A DNA stretch of 64,000 nt, taken from an uncultured Flavobacteriaceae bacterium. Its GTDB lineage: Bacteria > Bacteroidota > Bacteroidia > Flavobacteriales > Flavobacteriaceae. The DNA lies in the NCBI GenBank assembly GCA_913061125.1, contig CAJXUB010000007.1, positions 37 through 64,036 of the forward strand, read 5' to 3'. The notes under the pieces are model-generated. The model had not been told where the DNA came from, did not search any database, and saw only the letters and a list, made by a program, of their open reading frames with translations. Shown here in pieces: positions 49,351 through 57,969 of this stretch (its first letter is position 1; each line of letters begins with the position of its first letter). The translations under genes were made by a program, and so were the position numbers.

Positions 49351-50490
49351 ATGCGACTGTTAACCCTATTAGCAATGCTTTGCACTGGCTCATTAATTGC
49401 GCAAACGCAATACGAATTTATTGAATCGGAGGGTGTTGGAAAACGAGAGTTAAAAATCCAATTGCCTAGAAACTATGACGAAAATTCGGATAAACACTAC
49501 CCATTAATTGTAGTTTTGAATGGCGATTATTTGTTCGAAGTAACTGCTGGCAATGTGGATTATATGGCGTATTGGGACGATATGCCAGAAGCGATTGTTG
49601 TGGGTATAAATCAAGAAAACACCCAAGGCGATGATTTTATTATTTCCGACGTAAACCATTTCCCAACGCAAGAGGGTGCTACATTCTTTGAATTTCTGGG
49701 GCTAGAATTGGTCCCTTACATGCAAGATAATTTTAGGGTTGCCGAGTTTATAGTCGGGGTTGGTCATGGCGCATCGGCTAATTTCATCAATTTCTACTGC
49801 TTCAGAAAATCGCCGCTTTTTCAGGCCTATATTTCTTTAAGCCCCAACCTATCGCTCTACATGAGCGACAATCTTACGGAACGATTATCGTCCATTAACA
49901 CCCCCATAATGTATTACCTATCCACGGGAGGTGAAGACCTCAAATCGAACCGAAATTCCATCAAAGCACTACACGAGATGCTTAAAACCGTTGAGAATAA
50001 ATATGTTGATTATTACTTTGATAATTTTGAAAATGCCAACCACTACACCCTAGTAGGAGAAGCACTCCCCAAGGCGCTCCAGCATATTTTTCGAGTTTAT
50101 CAACCCATTTCAAAGGTGGAATACAAAAATAATATTGTAACTCTGGATACCTCACCTGTAGAATATTTAATTCAAAAATACGACAAGATCAAAACTCTTT
50201 TTGGGATAGAAAAGCAAATTTTGACGAATGATTTTCGTGCCATCGCGGCTGCAATAAATAAAAATGAAACCTATAAATATTTTGAAGATTTAGCTAAATT
50301 AGCCCAAAAGGTCTACCCCGAAACGGTGCTTAAAAACTATTACTTGGGGCGGTATTTTGAAGCTAATAACAACATCAAACGGGCCATAAAAGCGTATCAA
50401 GAAGCCTATATTTATCAAGAAATTGACGGCATAACCAAAGACGATTTGTTGGAAAGAGCCGATCAATTAAAAGCCGAATATGGATACTAA
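49351..50490 (+). CDS. Secreted alpha/beta hydrolase (putative esterase family) with C-terminal TPR-like region
   Basis: Signal peptide. YPLIVVLNGDYLF and GVGHGASANF (nucleophile-elbow-like, but with no Ser in the elbow) resemble the esterase/enterochelin-esterase-like fold. The call is tentative. Confidence 0.55.
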   Translation: MRLLTLLAMLCTGSLIAQTQYEFIESEGVGKRELKIQLPRNYDENSDKHYPLIVVLNGDYLFEVTAGNVDYMAYWDDMPEAIVVGINQENTQGDDFIISDVNHFPTQEGATFFEFLGLELVPYMQDNFRVAEFIVGVGHGASANFINFYCFRKSPLFQAYISLSPNLSLYMSDNLTERLSSINTPIMYYLSTGGEDLKSNRNSIKALHEMLKTVENKYVDYYFDNFENANHYTLVGEALPKALQHIFRVYQPISKVEYKNNIVTLDTSPVEYLIQKYDKIKTLFGIEKQILTNDFRAIAAAINKNETYKYFEDLAKLAQKVYPETVLKNYYLGRYFEANNNIKRAIKAYQEAYIYQEIDGITKDDLLERADQLKAEYGY

Positions 50491-51848
50491 TGACTAAAGT
50501 TAAAACAACATTTTTTTGCCAGAATTGTGGAGCGCAATTTGCCAAATGGCAAGGGCAATGCACCTCTTGCAAATCTTGGAATACCATAACGGAGGAACTC
50601 ATCCAAAAACCCGACAAGCGGGATTGGAGGCCAACATCCACAGCGGCTAAAAACCAAGCTTCAAAACCGCTTAAAATTTCTGACATTGATACCACTAAGT
50701 CCCCAAGATTAAACACCACGGATGGAGAATTAAACAGAGTATTGGGCGGCGGTATTGTGCCCGGATCATTGATTCTTTTGGGCGGAGAACCAGGGATAGG
50801 GAAAAGCACTCTTATGCTTCAATTGGCTCTCAAATTACCCTACAAAACCTTGTACGTTTCTGGAGAGGAAAGCCAAAAACAGATAAAACTTCGAGCTGAA
50901 CGAATCCATCCCAACAGCGACTTATGCTACATCCTGACCGAAACGAAGACGCAACATATTTTTAAACAAATAGAACAGGTTAACCCCGACATTCTAGTCA
51001 TCGATTCCATCCAAACCCTACAAAGCGATTTTTTAGACGCTTCATCAGGAAGTGTTTCTCAAATTAAGCAATGCACCTCCGAGCTAATGAAATTTGCCAA
51101 AGACACAGCGACCCCCGTCATTTTGATTGGTCACATTACCAAAGATGGCAGTATAGCAGGGCCAAAAATTTTGGAACACATGGTTGATACGGTGTTACAA
51201 TTTGAGGGCGATAGAAACCACGTGTTTCGAATTTTACGCGCCCACAAAAACCGCTTTGGATCTACTCACGAGTTAGGAATTTATGAAATGCAGGGCAGTG
51301 GACTTCGAGAAGTTCAAAATCCCTCGGAATTGTTAATTTCAAAAAAAGATACCGCCCTTTCAGGCAATGCCATTGCCGTTACACTTGAAGGCATGCGGCC
51401 ATTATTGGTTGAGGTTCAAGCTTTGGTGAGTTCTGCGGTGTATGGAACCCCGCAACGCAGCACTACCGGATTCAATGCCAAGCGGCTCAATATGTTGTTG
51501 GCAGTTTTGGAAAAACGTGCCGGATTTAGACTAGGCGCCAAAGATGTGTTTTTAAACATCACAGGAGGAATTCGGGTTGATGATCCCGCCATTGATTTGG
51601 CTGTTGTTGCCGCCATTTTATCTTCCAACAGCGACCAGGCCGTTATCCGAAATTATTGTTTTGCAGGAGAAGTCGGACTTTCAGGCGAAATCCGACCGGT
51701 ACAACGTGTAGAACAGCGCATCATGGAGGCCGAAAAACTTGGGTTTGAAGGTATATTTATTGCCAAACACAACACCTTTAGTCTAAAACCCACCAAGATT
51801 CAAATCCATCTGTTATCCAAAATAGAGGATTTACTGAATTTTATTTGA
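50490..51848 (+). CDS. radA: DNA repair protein RadA
   Basis: Zn ribbon CQNCGAQFAKWQGQCTSC, Walker A GGEPGIGKST, KNRFG and a Lon-like C-terminal domain. Confidence 0.96.
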   Translation: MTKVKTTFFCQNCGAQFAKWQGQCTSCKSWNTITEELIQKPDKRDWRPTSTAAKNQASKPLKISDIDTTKSPRLNTTDGELNRVLGGGIVPGSLILLGGEPGIGKSTLMLQLALKLPYKTLYVSGEESQKQIKLRAERIHPNSDLCYILTETKTQHIFKQIEQVNPDILVIDSIQTLQSDFLDASSGSVSQIKQCTSELMKFAKDTATPVILIGHITKDGSIAGPKILEHMVDTVLQFEGDRNHVFRILRAHKNRFGSTHELGIYEMQGSGLREVQNPSELLISKKDTALSGNAIAVTLEGMRPLLVEVQALVSSAVYGTPQRSTTGFNAKRLNMLLAVLEKRAGFRLGAKDVFLNITGGIRVDDPAIDLAVVAAILSSNSDQAVIRNYCFAGEVGLSGEIRPVQRVEQRIMEAEKLGFEGIFIAKHNTFSLKPTKIQIHLLSKIEDLLNFI

Positions 51849-51866
51849 ACATAAACTTCCCGAATA

Positions 51867-51915
51867 TTACATCAAATGGCCGTTTATTACGTCAAATGGC
51901 CGTTCGTTACATGAC
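51867..51915. repeat. Tandem 20-bp repeat, about 2.4 copies (TTACATCAAATGGCCGTTTA / TTACGTCAAATGGCCGTTCG / TTACATGAC)
   Basis: Read directly. Units 1 and 2 differ at 3 of 20 positions. The repeat lies between the radA stop and the next gene. Confidence 0.85.
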
Positions 51916-51975
51916 ACTTTCAAAATTGTACTATATTGTATTTATTGCGGGTTGGATAACTTTTTTGCAATAAAA

Positions 51976-52797
51976 ATGCCCTTAAAGTACTATTTATTTG
52001 CCATACTATTATTTCCCAAAGGAATTGTCGCCCAAGTTGGGATTGGCACAGAACAACCCCATTCCTCAACTCAGCTTCACATAGTTTCTGAAGATCGAGG
52101 GGTTTTATTTCCTCAAGTTCCTTTAAAAAGTAACACAGATCAAGAGACCATTTCAAATGGAAATGTCGTTAGTCTGTTGGTTTACAATACCTCAAACACA
52201 ACGGATTTAAACCCTGGGTATCATTATTGGAACGGAACACAATGGAGCCCCCTTGGAGTAGAATCAGTTTATACTGGAAACGGAGCACCCACCCCAAGTG
52301 CTCCAAATGCTCCGGGTGCTGGCTCAATATATGTAGACGAATCTACAGGAGATCTTTACACTTTCAATGGTTCTGATTGGATTAAGCAGTCCATAACTGC
52401 TACCAACGGATTAAGCATTGATAATCAGCAAGTTAAACTCGGAGGAGAATTAACTGCACCAACAACAATCAAAACTTCCCCCAACAATACCTTATCGATA
52501 GAAGGGTTGGAAAATGACGATTCTCCAAAAGTAATGCTCGTTGTTGACCCCGAATCTGGTGCTCTTAAAACAAGTAAAGTTTCTAGTTTATTCAGAGAGG
52601 AAGTTGTCCTTCATATTGCAACGGATGGCCAAACCCAATTTCAAACCCCTGAAACCATTTCTGACCCCAAAAAAGTCAATGTTTACAGAAATGGTGTTAG
52701 AATTGATTTTACCCCAATTGATGATACTACCATTGCCTTAGAACAGGGGGTAGCCTGTTATGCCAACGACGAAATACGAATTGTTCAATTTAATTGA
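51976..52797 (+). CDS. Secreted hypothetical protein, paralog A (tail-fibre/adhesin-like features)
   Basis: The start is moved to MPLKYYLFAILLFPKGIVAQ (signal peptide). The N-terminus reads VGIGTEQPHSSTQLHIV ... GVLFPQVPL. The middle and C-terminal modules are shared with the next ORF. Confidence 0.7.
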   Translation: MPLKYYLFAILLFPKGIVAQVGIGTEQPHSSTQLHIVSEDRGVLFPQVPLKSNTDQETISNGNVVSLLVYNTSNTTDLNPGYHYWNGTQWSPLGVESVYTGNGAPTPSAPNAPGAGSIYVDESTGDLYTFNGSDWIKQSITATNGLSIDNQQVKLGGELTAPTTIKTSPNNTLSIEGLENDDSPKVMLVVDPESGALKTSKVSSLFREEVVLHIATDGQTQFQTPETISDPKKVNVYRNGVRIDFTPIDDTTIALEQGVACYANDEIRIVQFN

Positions 52798-52843
52798 TTC
52801 CAGACAGTATAATAATAGAACCCAATAATAATTAATATAAATA

Positions 52844-53554
52844 ATGATGAAAAAACAACTCTTAAAACACCACTTAAATGCACTAACAGCCCTGGTGCTT
52901 TTGGTGTCAACAACTGCATTTGCTCAACAAAAAACGGGCGATGTTACAAAACAAGATGATATTGTTCCTGGAACAACTGTTACCGAAGGCGCTGTTCGAG
53001 TTATAGACAACAAGGGAACCATCAAATACTTACAAGCCAAAAACGGCATCACATTGCTCTCCAATACTACGGATGATGTAACCACAACCACATGGCAACT
53101 TGGAGGGACTCTTACAGATAGCACCTATGTTGATGTGGATACTAAAATATTTGCTTTAGATGGTATTAAATTGGTGGACCCATCAACTTTGGCTGCTTCG
53201 ACAGACGCAACAGACAAGTCGGATCACGGCACTGGAACAGGATGGACCCTTTTGGTCCGTGACGAAAAAACAGGGGAGACCAAAAAACTTAAAGCAACTG
53301 ATTTGATTCAGAGTGGACAAGAAAAATTTACAACAACAGCAGCTCAAGTGACAAGTAAAGAATTTACGCTTACAGGAGATCCTGCCTTACCCAAGTATTC
53401 TCAAGTTTGGGTGTATCGTAATGGTGCTAAATTGATTGCCAATTTGGACTACACGATTTCTGGAAGTAAAGTTACTCTTGTTCCTCAAACAACAGTCCCT
53501 AATGATTGGCAACTTTTTGAAAATGATGTCATAGAAGTCCATTATATAAAGTAA
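52844..53554 (+). CDS. Secreted hypothetical protein, paralog B
   Basis: Signal peptide ending TAFAQQ. It shares the LGG.LT module and the C-terminal V.VYRNG ... ND.I.V motif with 51976-52797. Confidence 0.7.
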   Translation: MMKKQLLKHHLNALTALVLLVSTTAFAQQKTGDVTKQDDIVPGTTVTEGAVRVIDNKGTIKYLQAKNGITLLSNTTDDVTTTTWQLGGTLTDSTYVDVDTKIFALDGIKLVDPSTLAASTDATDKSDHGTGTGWTLLVRDEKTGETKKLKATDLIQSGQEKFTTTAAQVTSKEFTLTGDPALPKYSQVWVYRNGAKLIANLDYTISGSKVTLVPQTTVPNDWQLFENDVIEVHYIK

Positions 53555-53571
53555 TATTGTAAGATTATTTT

Positions 53572-53606
53572 AAAAAAAAGACCCTAAATTTTAGGGTCTT
53601 TTTCGT
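53572..53606. terminator. Bidirectional terminator
   Basis: An A8 run, stem GACCCTAAA, loop tt, stem TTTAGGGTC, then a T5 run. It lies between convergent genes. Confidence 0.85.
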
Positions 53607-54017
53607 TTAACAATACTCGTTGTAAGCATTTTTAAGATTTTCTGCAATGAGCTCTGCAGGCCGTCCTTCAATATGATGTCGTTCTAACATGTGAACCAAC
53701 GCCCCGTCTTTGAATAACGCCATACATGGCGAACTGGGTGGAAACGGTATCATGTGTTCGCGGGCCTTGTCCACGGCTTCTTTATCTACACCAGCAAAAA
53801 CTGTTACGGTATGTGTAGGGCGTTTGTCGTTATCTAAACTTTGAATGGCGCCAGGGCGCGCGTTGGCAGCGGCACAACCGCAAACTGAATTTACGACCAC
53901 TAAGGTTGTTCCTGATTTTGCTAAAGCTGAATCAACGGCTTCAGCACTAAATAATTCTTCAAATCCGACTTGCGAAAGATGTTCTCGCATGGGTTTAACC
54001 AATTCAGCTGGGTACAT
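53607..54017 (-). CDS. BrxA/BrxB family bacilliredoxin (DUF1094, YphP/YqiW-like)
   Basis: The start is moved to MYPAELVKPMREHL. The redox motif NSVCGCAA is present. About 136 aa. Confidence 0.8.
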   Translation of the reverse strand: MYPAELVKPMREHLSQVGFEELFSAEAVDSALAKSGTTLVVVNSVCGCAAANARPGAIQSLDNDKRPTHTVTVFAGVDKEAVDKAREHMIPFPPSSPCMALFKDGALVHMLERHHIEGRPAELIAENLKNAYNEYC

Positions 54018-54155
54018 AATTGTTGTTTTAAAATTAGAATACAAAGATAGATAATTGTCTTTCAAATTGTATTGTTTAGCCCTTCAATATTTGTTAAAAT
54101 ACACAAAAAAATAGCGTCAAAATTCGTAGGTTTGACACGAATTTAAAACAACACT

Positions 54156-54884
54156 ATGAGTCTTGCAAAATGGATAGGCGCTTCTGTTGGGTGGTCCTTT
54201 GGAGGCCCGGTAGGGGCTATTATTGGGCTAGCGTTGGGGAGTTTATTGGATTCGTCTGTGGCAACCAAATCGGCTCCAAAATCAAGACATCAAACTCGAA
54301 CGCAATCTGGAGATTTTGAAGTGAGCTTGCTTATTTTGGCTTCTTTAGTTATCAAAGCTGATGGTAGACAAGACCAACGGGAGTTGGATTTTGTACGGCG
54401 GCAATTTGTTCAAATGTATGGTAAGGCCCGCGCCAACAGAGCGTTCAGATTGTTTAAAGAAATTAACAAGCAGTCGCATATCTCACTGCGCCAGGTTTGT
54501 TTGCAAATTCAACAAATGATGGATCATGCCTCACGGTTACAATTAATTCATTTTTTATTTGGCATTGCACAGGCAGATGGGGATGTGGCGGATTCTGAGG
54601 TTCTGACCATAGAGCGGATGTCTCGCTATTTGGGGATAAACCCAAAGGACTTTGAAAGCATTAAAGCCATGTTTTATAATGCGGCTGGGAACGCGTATAA
54701 AATTTTGGAGATAAATGATAATGCCTCGATACAAGATATCAAAAAAGCGTATAGGCGTATGGCCAAAAAATACCACCCAGACAAGGTGCAACACCTAGGA
54801 CCAGAACACCAAAAAGGAGCAGAAGAGAAGTTTCGTAAAGTACAACAGGCCTACGAGCAGCTGCAAAAAGAACGGGGGTTTTAG
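54156..54884 (+). CDS. TerB-like domain protein with C-terminal DnaJ (J) domain (DjlA-like)
   Basis: N-terminal TM segment, a TerB-like middle region ([17 protein letters not shown] ... [13 protein letters not shown]), and a J domain [30 protein letters not shown]. Confidence 0.8.
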   Translation: MSLAKWIGASVGWSFGGPVGAIIGLALGSLLDSSVATKSAPKSRHQTRTQSGDFEVSLLILASLVIKADGRQDQRELDFVRRQFVQMYGKARANRAFRLFKEINKQSHISLRQVCLQIQQMMDHASRLQLIHFLFGIAQADGDVADSEVLTIERMSRYLGINPKDFESIKAMFYNAAGNAYKILEINDNASIQDIKKAYRRMAKKYHPDKVQHLGPEHQKGAEEKFRKVQQAYEQLQKERGF

Positions 54885-54910
54885 CCCCGTAAAATTATAC
54901 AAAAGAGTTG

Positions 54911-57160
54911 TCAGATTTTATATCTTAATCCAAAAAATAAACGTCTGCCTTGGTTGGGGGCATAAATATACGTTGGATCAAAGGTTAATCCGTATGGATT
55001 GTCTGGCGTTGCTACGGCATTTCCATTGCCATCAAAAGTGACATTTTTGTCAAAAGGGTCATTTGCTCTTGCTATAATGAAGGGATTGCCTTTGTTTGGA
55101 GTCCAATTTAAAACATTCTTCACTCCCCCATATAGCTCAATATGTTGCAGCCCCTTAAAGGTAAATTGTATATTTTGAATGCTCCAAAAGGGCGATTTTT
55201 CTTTTCGAGGATCTAATGCACCAAGAACTGGTAATCTCATCGGGCCATATACGTTTCCAGTATAATCAATCGTAAAGTTATTTTTGATGTTTGAATAGCT
55301 AAGCGACCAAGTTCCAGAAAATTGTTCTGTAAGGATTTGTTGTTCTCTTATACCGTTTTCTTTTTTTGACACTTCTTGAATTGTAGCTCCAATAAGCCCC
55401 TTGAAATTAGCGGATAAAACGGCATCAAAATTAATACTCGCTCCAAGACTTGTGGCATTGTCATTCAAATTATCATAAATAACTTGATTCGGATTGGTGT
55501 CGTAATCGGGGAGGATAGCGTTTGTGAAATAAGTGTACCAAGCAGAAATATCCAACCCTAAAATATGGCCTTTTTTAGTATAAATTTTCTTTAAATAATT
55601 TACATTGATGTTAAGGGACTGCTCTGGGTTTAAATCATTTTTAATAACGACCTCTCGAGAGCCGCTAAGCGCAGCGTGATCTTCTGTAAATAGATTAACG
55701 ACTCTAAATCCAGTACCTGCATTTAATCTAAAAATAGCATCTTTTGTTGGGGTGTATTTGTAGGCCAAACGAGGGGTAAAAATAGACCCGTGCCTGCTGT
55801 CATAATCATATCGTCCGCCTAAAAGAAGTTTGTGTTTTTTGCTTAGATTGATTTCATTCTGAATGAATAACGATGGAATAAAAACCTCATCGGCAATTTT
55901 TGTAACCGTAGTGTTGTCATCATAGAAATTATACCTTCCGCTGAGGCCAAAAAGCCAATCGTTTTTATCCGCAGAATAGTCCCAGGTCAGTTGTCCAAAA
56001 CCAATACGTTGTTTGGCAAGATAATAAGTGTCGCCATAGACAGAATTTTGGTCGTGGTCTGAATAAGAGAACTGAAAAAATATTTTTTCGTTTACGGGGA
56101 GTTGATAGTTTCCAATAATCTCAAAACGAGAGGTATAAATACTTTCGCCATACACTTCGTCGCCACCTCGATCTTTTGATGTCCATTGCATTTCTCCACC
56201 CCATCGGTCTTCGTAAAAATACCGACCAGCCAAAGAAAAGAAACGATTCAAATTCCTTTTGAAATTCCATTTTTGAAATACAGAAATCCGATGTTGTAGG
56301 GTTACGTCTGTGAAATTATCGTTGTTGTTGTCAATGGGATGGTTATAGTTGTAATAATTGGCACCGAACAACACGTTTATTTTGTCATTAAATTTTGCCT
56401 TTAAACCTAAATCCAGATTGTATTCTTTCCAATCGGTTAAAAAAGAATCGATGAAAAATAAAGGGGCATTTTCAGGGTGTTTTGTTATGACATTAATGAG
56501 CCCACCAACGGCCTCGCTTCCATATAAAGATGATGCCGGTCCTTTGATAATTTCTACTTGACTGATCAAAGAACTCGGGATCCCTGATAATCCGTAAACC
56601 GTTGATAAACCACTCACGATGGGCATACCATCAATAAGTACTAATGTGTAGGGCCCTTCTAATCCATTGATATGGATGTCGCCTGTATTGCACACGCTAC
56701 AATTGATCTGGGGGCGAATGCCATTCACATTTTGAAGCGCTTCAAAGATGTTTGGTGCTGGGTTTTTTTTCAAAAATGTAGCGGAATACACTTCTACAGG
56801 GATAGGGCTTTCCAGTCGTTTCACTGGTTTTTGGGTGCCAGTAATGACCACTTCGTCCAAAAGCGCTATTTCTTCAAGTGAAATATTTAGGGTGATATTT
56901 CGGTCAACGGTAAGTTGTTGTTTTACAGCTTTATACCCTGTAAAAGAAGCTACCAATGTATAGCTTCCCATTTCAACGTTTTCAATCGCAAAAGTACCAT
57001 CAACACCACTCACGGCTCCTTTTGACGTTCCCATTAAATATACACTTACATAGGGAATAACTTCTTCATTCTGATCGGTCACTTTACCGCTTATGGTCAA
57101 TCCGTTTGAGGCATGCGATGCTAAAGTGAAAAATAATAATAAGAGGAGTAGATTTTTCAT
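54911..57160 (-). CDS. TonB-dependent receptor (CarboxypepD_reg-like N-terminus plus plug plus barrel)
   Basis: Signal peptide. ISGKVTDQNEEVIPYVSVYL ... GVDGTFAI, plug motifs (GTGDIHINGLEG ... IDGMPIVSG) and the C-terminus FGLRYKI. Confidence 0.88.
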   Translation of the reverse strand: MKNLLLLLLFFTLASHASNGLTISGKVTDQNEEVIPYVSVYLMGTSKGAVSGVDGTFAIENVEMGSYTLVASFTGYKAVKQQLTVDRNITLNISLEEIALLDEVVITGTQKPVKRLESPIPVEVYSATFLKKNPAPNIFEALQNVNGIRPQINCSVCNTGDIHINGLEGPYTLVLIDGMPIVSGLSTVYGLSGIPSSLISQVEIIKGPASSLYGSEAVGGLINVITKHPENAPLFFIDSFLTDWKEYNLDLGLKAKFNDKINVLFGANYYNYNHPIDNNNDNFTDVTLQHRISVFQKWNFKRNLNRFFSLAGRYFYEDRWGGEMQWTSKDRGGDEVYGESIYTSRFEIIGNYQLPVNEKIFFQFSYSDHDQNSVYGDTYYLAKQRIGFGQLTWDYSADKNDWLFGLSGRYNFYDDNTTVTKIADEVFIPSLFIQNEINLSKKHKLLLGGRYDYDSRHGSIFTPRLAYKYTPTKDAIFRLNAGTGFRVVNLFTEDHAALSGSREVVIKNDLNPEQSLNINVNYLKKIYTKKGHILGLDISAWYTYFTNAILPDYDTNPNQVIYDNLNDNATSLGASINFDAVLSANFKGLIGATIQEVSKKENGIREQQILTEQFSGTWSLSYSNIKNNFTIDYTGNVYGPMRLPVLGALDPRKEKSPFWSIQNIQFTFKGLQHIELYGGVKNVLNWTPNKGNPFIIARANDPFDKNVTFDGNGNAVATPDNPYGLTFDPTYIYAPNQGRRLFFGLRYKI

Positions 57161-57199
57161 AGTTTTTTTGGGGTAATATTACCCTGAAAATATATTATT

Positions 57200-57218
57200 T
57201 TTATTTAAACTAAATAAA
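57200..57218. promoter_or_regulatory. Inverted repeat TTTATTTA-AAC-TAAATAAA, a candidate metalloregulator operator
   Basis: 8-bp perfect arms with a 3-bp spacer. It lies between the candidate receptor promoter and the receptor start codon. Confidence 0.3.
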
Positions 57219-57247
57219 AAAACTATTCTTTTTTTTAATTTTTTTTG

Positions 57248-57255
57248 CAAAGTTA
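57248..57255 (-). promoter_or_regulatory. Candidate -7 box TAACTTTG for the TonB-dependent receptor
   Basis: The plus strand reads CAAAGTTA, which is TAnnTTTG on the minus strand. It lies 88 nt upstream of the ATG at 57160. Confidence 0.3.
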
Positions 57256-57280
57256 ATTTATTTTTAGACAAGACTAAAAA

Positions 57281-57304
57281 TTTATTTATATTTGTTTAAA
57301 TAAA
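57281..57304. promoter_or_regulatory. Second copy of the TTTATTTA ... TAAATAAA arms (8-bp spacer), overlapping the -7 box TATATTTG (57287-57294) of the regulator gene
   Basis: The same 8-mers occur at 57200-57218. TATATTTG matches TAnnTTTG and lies 18 nt upstream of the GTG start at 57312. Confidence 0.35.
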
Positions 57305-57311
57305 TACAATT

Positions 57312-57968
57312 GTGGTTACACTTTCAGAAGAGAATTACTTAAAAGCGATTTATCATTTGGCGCTGCGTAACGATGAAAAAGTTAGTACAAATGCCATTGC
57401 CCAAAAAATGCAAACCAAAGCATCATCCGCAACAGACATGATAAAAAAGCTATCAGAAAAAGGTCTTGTTGACTATCAAAAATACAAAGGGGTAAATTTA
57501 ACAGAAAAAGGAAGGTTATCTGCAGTTTCAGTCATTCGAAAGCACAGACTTTGGGAAGTTTTTTTGGTAGATAAACTTAGTTTTAATTGGGATGAGGTGC
57601 ATGAAGTGGCCGAACAATTGGAGCACATCAAATCGGAAAAATTAACCCAACAATTAGACGCCTTTTTAAATTACCCCACAAAAGATCCTCATGGCGATCC
57701 TATTCCTGATCCAAGCGGAAATATGCCTTCTACGGAGAAAGTATTATTAGCAAAAATTGAAAATCATAAACATTGTATTTGTATCGGCGTAAAAGATTCT
57801 TCAGCAGAATTTCTACAATATTTGGACAAGCACAACATTGCTTTAGGAACAGAAATTACAATCGTATCAAAAGAATCTTTTGACGAATCCATGACCCTAA
57901 AAATTAACAAAACACCATTGGTCATATCGAAAGAAGTAAGCCATAATTTATTTGTAAAAATCAATTAA
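57312..57968 (+). CDS. DtxR/MntR family metal-dependent transcriptional regulator with C-terminal FeoA/SH3-like domain
   Basis: LSEENYLKAIYHL, a winged HTH, the metal-site region RKHRLWEVFL ... VHEVAEQLEH ... DPHGDPIP. GTG start. Confidence 0.85.
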   Translation: MVTLSEENYLKAIYHLALRNDEKVSTNAIAQKMQTKASSATDMIKKLSEKGLVDYQKYKGVNLTEKGRLSAVSVIRKHRLWEVFLVDKLSFNWDEVHEVAEQLEHIKSEKLTQQLDAFLNYPTKDPHGDPIPDPSGNMPSTEKVLLAKIENHKHCICIGVKDSSAEFLQYLDKHNIALGTEITIVSKESFDESMTLKINKTPLVISKEVSHNLFVKIN

Positions 57969-57969
57969 T

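Noticed and set aside
53607-54017. A BrxA/BrxB name suggesting a BREX phage-defence component.
   Set aside because: The protein is the thioredoxin-fold bacilliredoxin family (CGC motif, DUF1094), which is unrelated to BREX. No BREX, restriction-modification or other defence genes are nearby.
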